From NCBI RefSeq assembly GCF_037042905.1, contig NC_087245.1, forward strand, positions 11,098,001 to 11,162,000: DNA of 64,000 nucleotides. The letters run 5' to 3'. Both the position numbers and the translations under genes were made by a program. The notes under the pieces were generated by a model. That model was not told the origin of the DNA, made no database searches, and worked only from the letters and a program-made list of their open reading frames with translations. This DNA is from Lytechinus pictus. Lineage: Eukaryota. Shown piece after piece: positions 1 through 64,000 of the stretch; within the stretch, counting starts at the first letter, position 1, and each line of letters opens with the position of its first letter.

Positions 1-190
1 TGAAACGAAAGTCTGAAGAGCAAAATGATAAAGTAGAGTAAAGTAATAAGGAAGGGAAGAACAGGAAAGACTCATCCAATCATTAGCATCCAAAATCAAA
101 AATATAAAATAAAACAATATTTTTTATTACTTTATGCTCTGCTAACCTCAAGCAATTCGAAGCTTTAACGAAACATTGTGAAAGATATTC

Positions 191-336
191 CAATATTTCT
201 TATTGTGGAATGACATTCTGATATGTATTACACATTGGTTCTGTTAGAAACCCTGCTGGCCAATTGAACAGCAGGGTTCGTAACAGAACCAATGTCTAAT
301 GCACATCAGAATGTCATTCTACAATAAGAAATATTG
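191..336. repeat. Foldback palindrome (MITE-like hairpin, ~70-bp arms)
   Basis: CAATATTTCTTATTGTGGAATGACATTCTGAT... pairs with ...ATCAGAATGTCATTCTACAATAAGAAATATTG. Confidence 0.8.
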
Positions 337-353
337 ATAATAAAAAGTCTTAC

Positions 354-62177
<61,824 letters not shown>

Positions 62178-64000
62178 CTATGAGTGAAGAACGAATGTTT
62201 GGTGCATGAAATAAAGGATAGAACCACACGTGGTGTTTTTGTAAGTGTTATCGTTTAACTGGTTCATGTCCAGTGATACGATAAACACGTACCACGTTCC
62301 ATTGAATATAGTTGAGCATTGTGGATTCATATGTTTAGGTAATGAAAATATATAGAGAAAAAATAGTGATTCATATGATATAGAAGCTTTTGCCAAATAC
62401 ATTTATACTTAATTAAAAGCGATTCACTGCCTGTGTCATTGCCTTTATTGCACCAAAACAAATATGTGCCTAAAAACCAAAACCAGGCTAATAAGCCCGA
62501 GTAACGAAGACATCAGTATCATGACAAATCAGCAAAAAATGAAATGATTGCTCACAAGAAAAAAAAATTACAGCTCTGCTGTGAAACTGTAACTCGTCAG
62601 CATATTCTTTAGAAATAAACACTTTTTCTAAAATCCTATTCATGTAGGCAAATGTCTGGGAGCTTATGTGGCAGCCTAATCATGGTAAAAATTATCAGTA
62701 AAATATAGCATTTCTTTACTGTTGTACATACTGTATGGTGTACAAGTTGGTCCGATAATCACAGCAATGCAGTCCTGTTTAACTTTAAATTCCTTTCATC
62801 AATATGACAACCAGGTGATTATGACAACGAGGATCTACATCATTTACATGTACATGTATATAGTACCATATATCTGTTTAAACTTTCATTGGCACAGGAG
62901 TCATCCAATTGAGTTAATTACTAGTCATCTGCTGAAATATGTGTGTTTTGAGACATGATCTGAAAAGTTCAGTTGGACGAATAAAGGAGGGAGATCCAAC
63001 GAAGAAGAGATATAGATGAAAAGGCGTGGTCTCCACCCCCTTAGGTGAGTTATGGGTACGTGAAGAGTGACAAATACTAGATGCGCACCAACGAACGTAG
63101 AGGGCAGCAACACACAAGCGTGTTGCTATAAGGAAGGTCAACTCGATACGCGCATGCAGCTGAGCTGCGCGCGTATTTTATTGTTCATGCCAACGAAATC
63201 AAATGCCGATCTAATACAACAACAAATTAGTAGCGATCAAAAAACGAATATGAAAGATAACTTAAAAAATATGTTGAAGAATATACATACATATAAAAAC
63301 ATACTTTGCTATTTAAAACTTTACAAATATAAGTTTCAGGAAACTAAAATCATTACCAAATCGGTGATTGTTGTTATCAGCGATTTCACCAGACGGCTGT
63401 ATTAGGTGATTTGCGTCGAGACGATTTTGTGACCACTCGCAAAGCATTTCGGGATTGAATATAACCACCTTATTTTCTCTGAGCTCTTCGCTGAACCCAT
63501 CATCACAGTGCAGCTGCAGCGCAGCGCGCAGCCAATGCAATGCATCCGATGCATGGGTTGTTTTTTCGCCGTCCATGCCATGGTCTCGGACTCAGAGTTG
63601 AAATTTAGACCCGGATTTCGGGGATACAGCGCCTTTATTTCAGATTTATAGACTTAAAAGTCAAATGACATTTAAAATTTGAAATCTACCCTTGAACAAT
63701 CATCGTTGATAAACATCAGCCCTGAAGCCATTACACTTCAAATCAGGCCAGGCAAATTAGACGTCATTGTCTAAGTTGCTAGATCTATGACGAGTCGCCT
63801 GAAGCCCCAGCGCATCATCAACGTCACTAGCTAGCTGCGCGACCGGCCCAGACTCGGCGCACCCAGGCCAGAAAAATGACCTCGATTATTACGGTGGTTG
63901 TCTATGCATTTATTAGTGGTGCAGCGAAATTCAGCAGAAGAAAATAAGAGATATGAGGTATCCTCGTCACAGGCTTAATATTCTAAAATGAGGAAAAATG

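Noticed and set aside
62200-64000. Short ORFs and a GC-richer tail as a promoter or first exon
   Set aside because: The upstream IVGG/AAHC exon must still lie further right, so this is intron; the ORFs have no recognisable motifs and it is probably an unclassified repeat.

Overview
Eukaryotic, AT-rich genomic DNA. Its intron/exon structure and its SINE/MITE content suggest an invertebrate deuterostome such as a sea urchin (inference). The whole window lies inside one minus-strand gene; neither its start nor its end is in the window. By reading splice sites manually I can chain 49 GT-AG exons (13,594 nt, about 4,530 aa) in frame with no stop codon. The chain encodes a repeating [CUB x0-3]-LDLa-Frizzled CRD-trypsin module: 7 trypsin-like protease domains (two truncated by the window edges), 9 cysteine-free CUB, 6 LDLa and 6 FZ domains, plus an ~800-aa Thr/Ser-rich mucin exon. 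This looks like a giant extracellular polyprotease. The one weak link in the chain is the mucin exon donor. The introns are full of mobile DNA. A decayed but near full-length Tx1/L1 LINE (45.4-56.0 kb) is split by a 5.26-kb element with DIRS1-type termini (inverted terminal repeats, an internal complementary region and an AATT crossover core) but no intact ORFs. There are also hAT-, Tc1/mariner- and CACTA-like non-autonomous elements (some nested three deep), tRNA-derived SINEs and CR1/L1 fragments. A recent ~4.4-kb internal tandem duplication has a chimeric junction.
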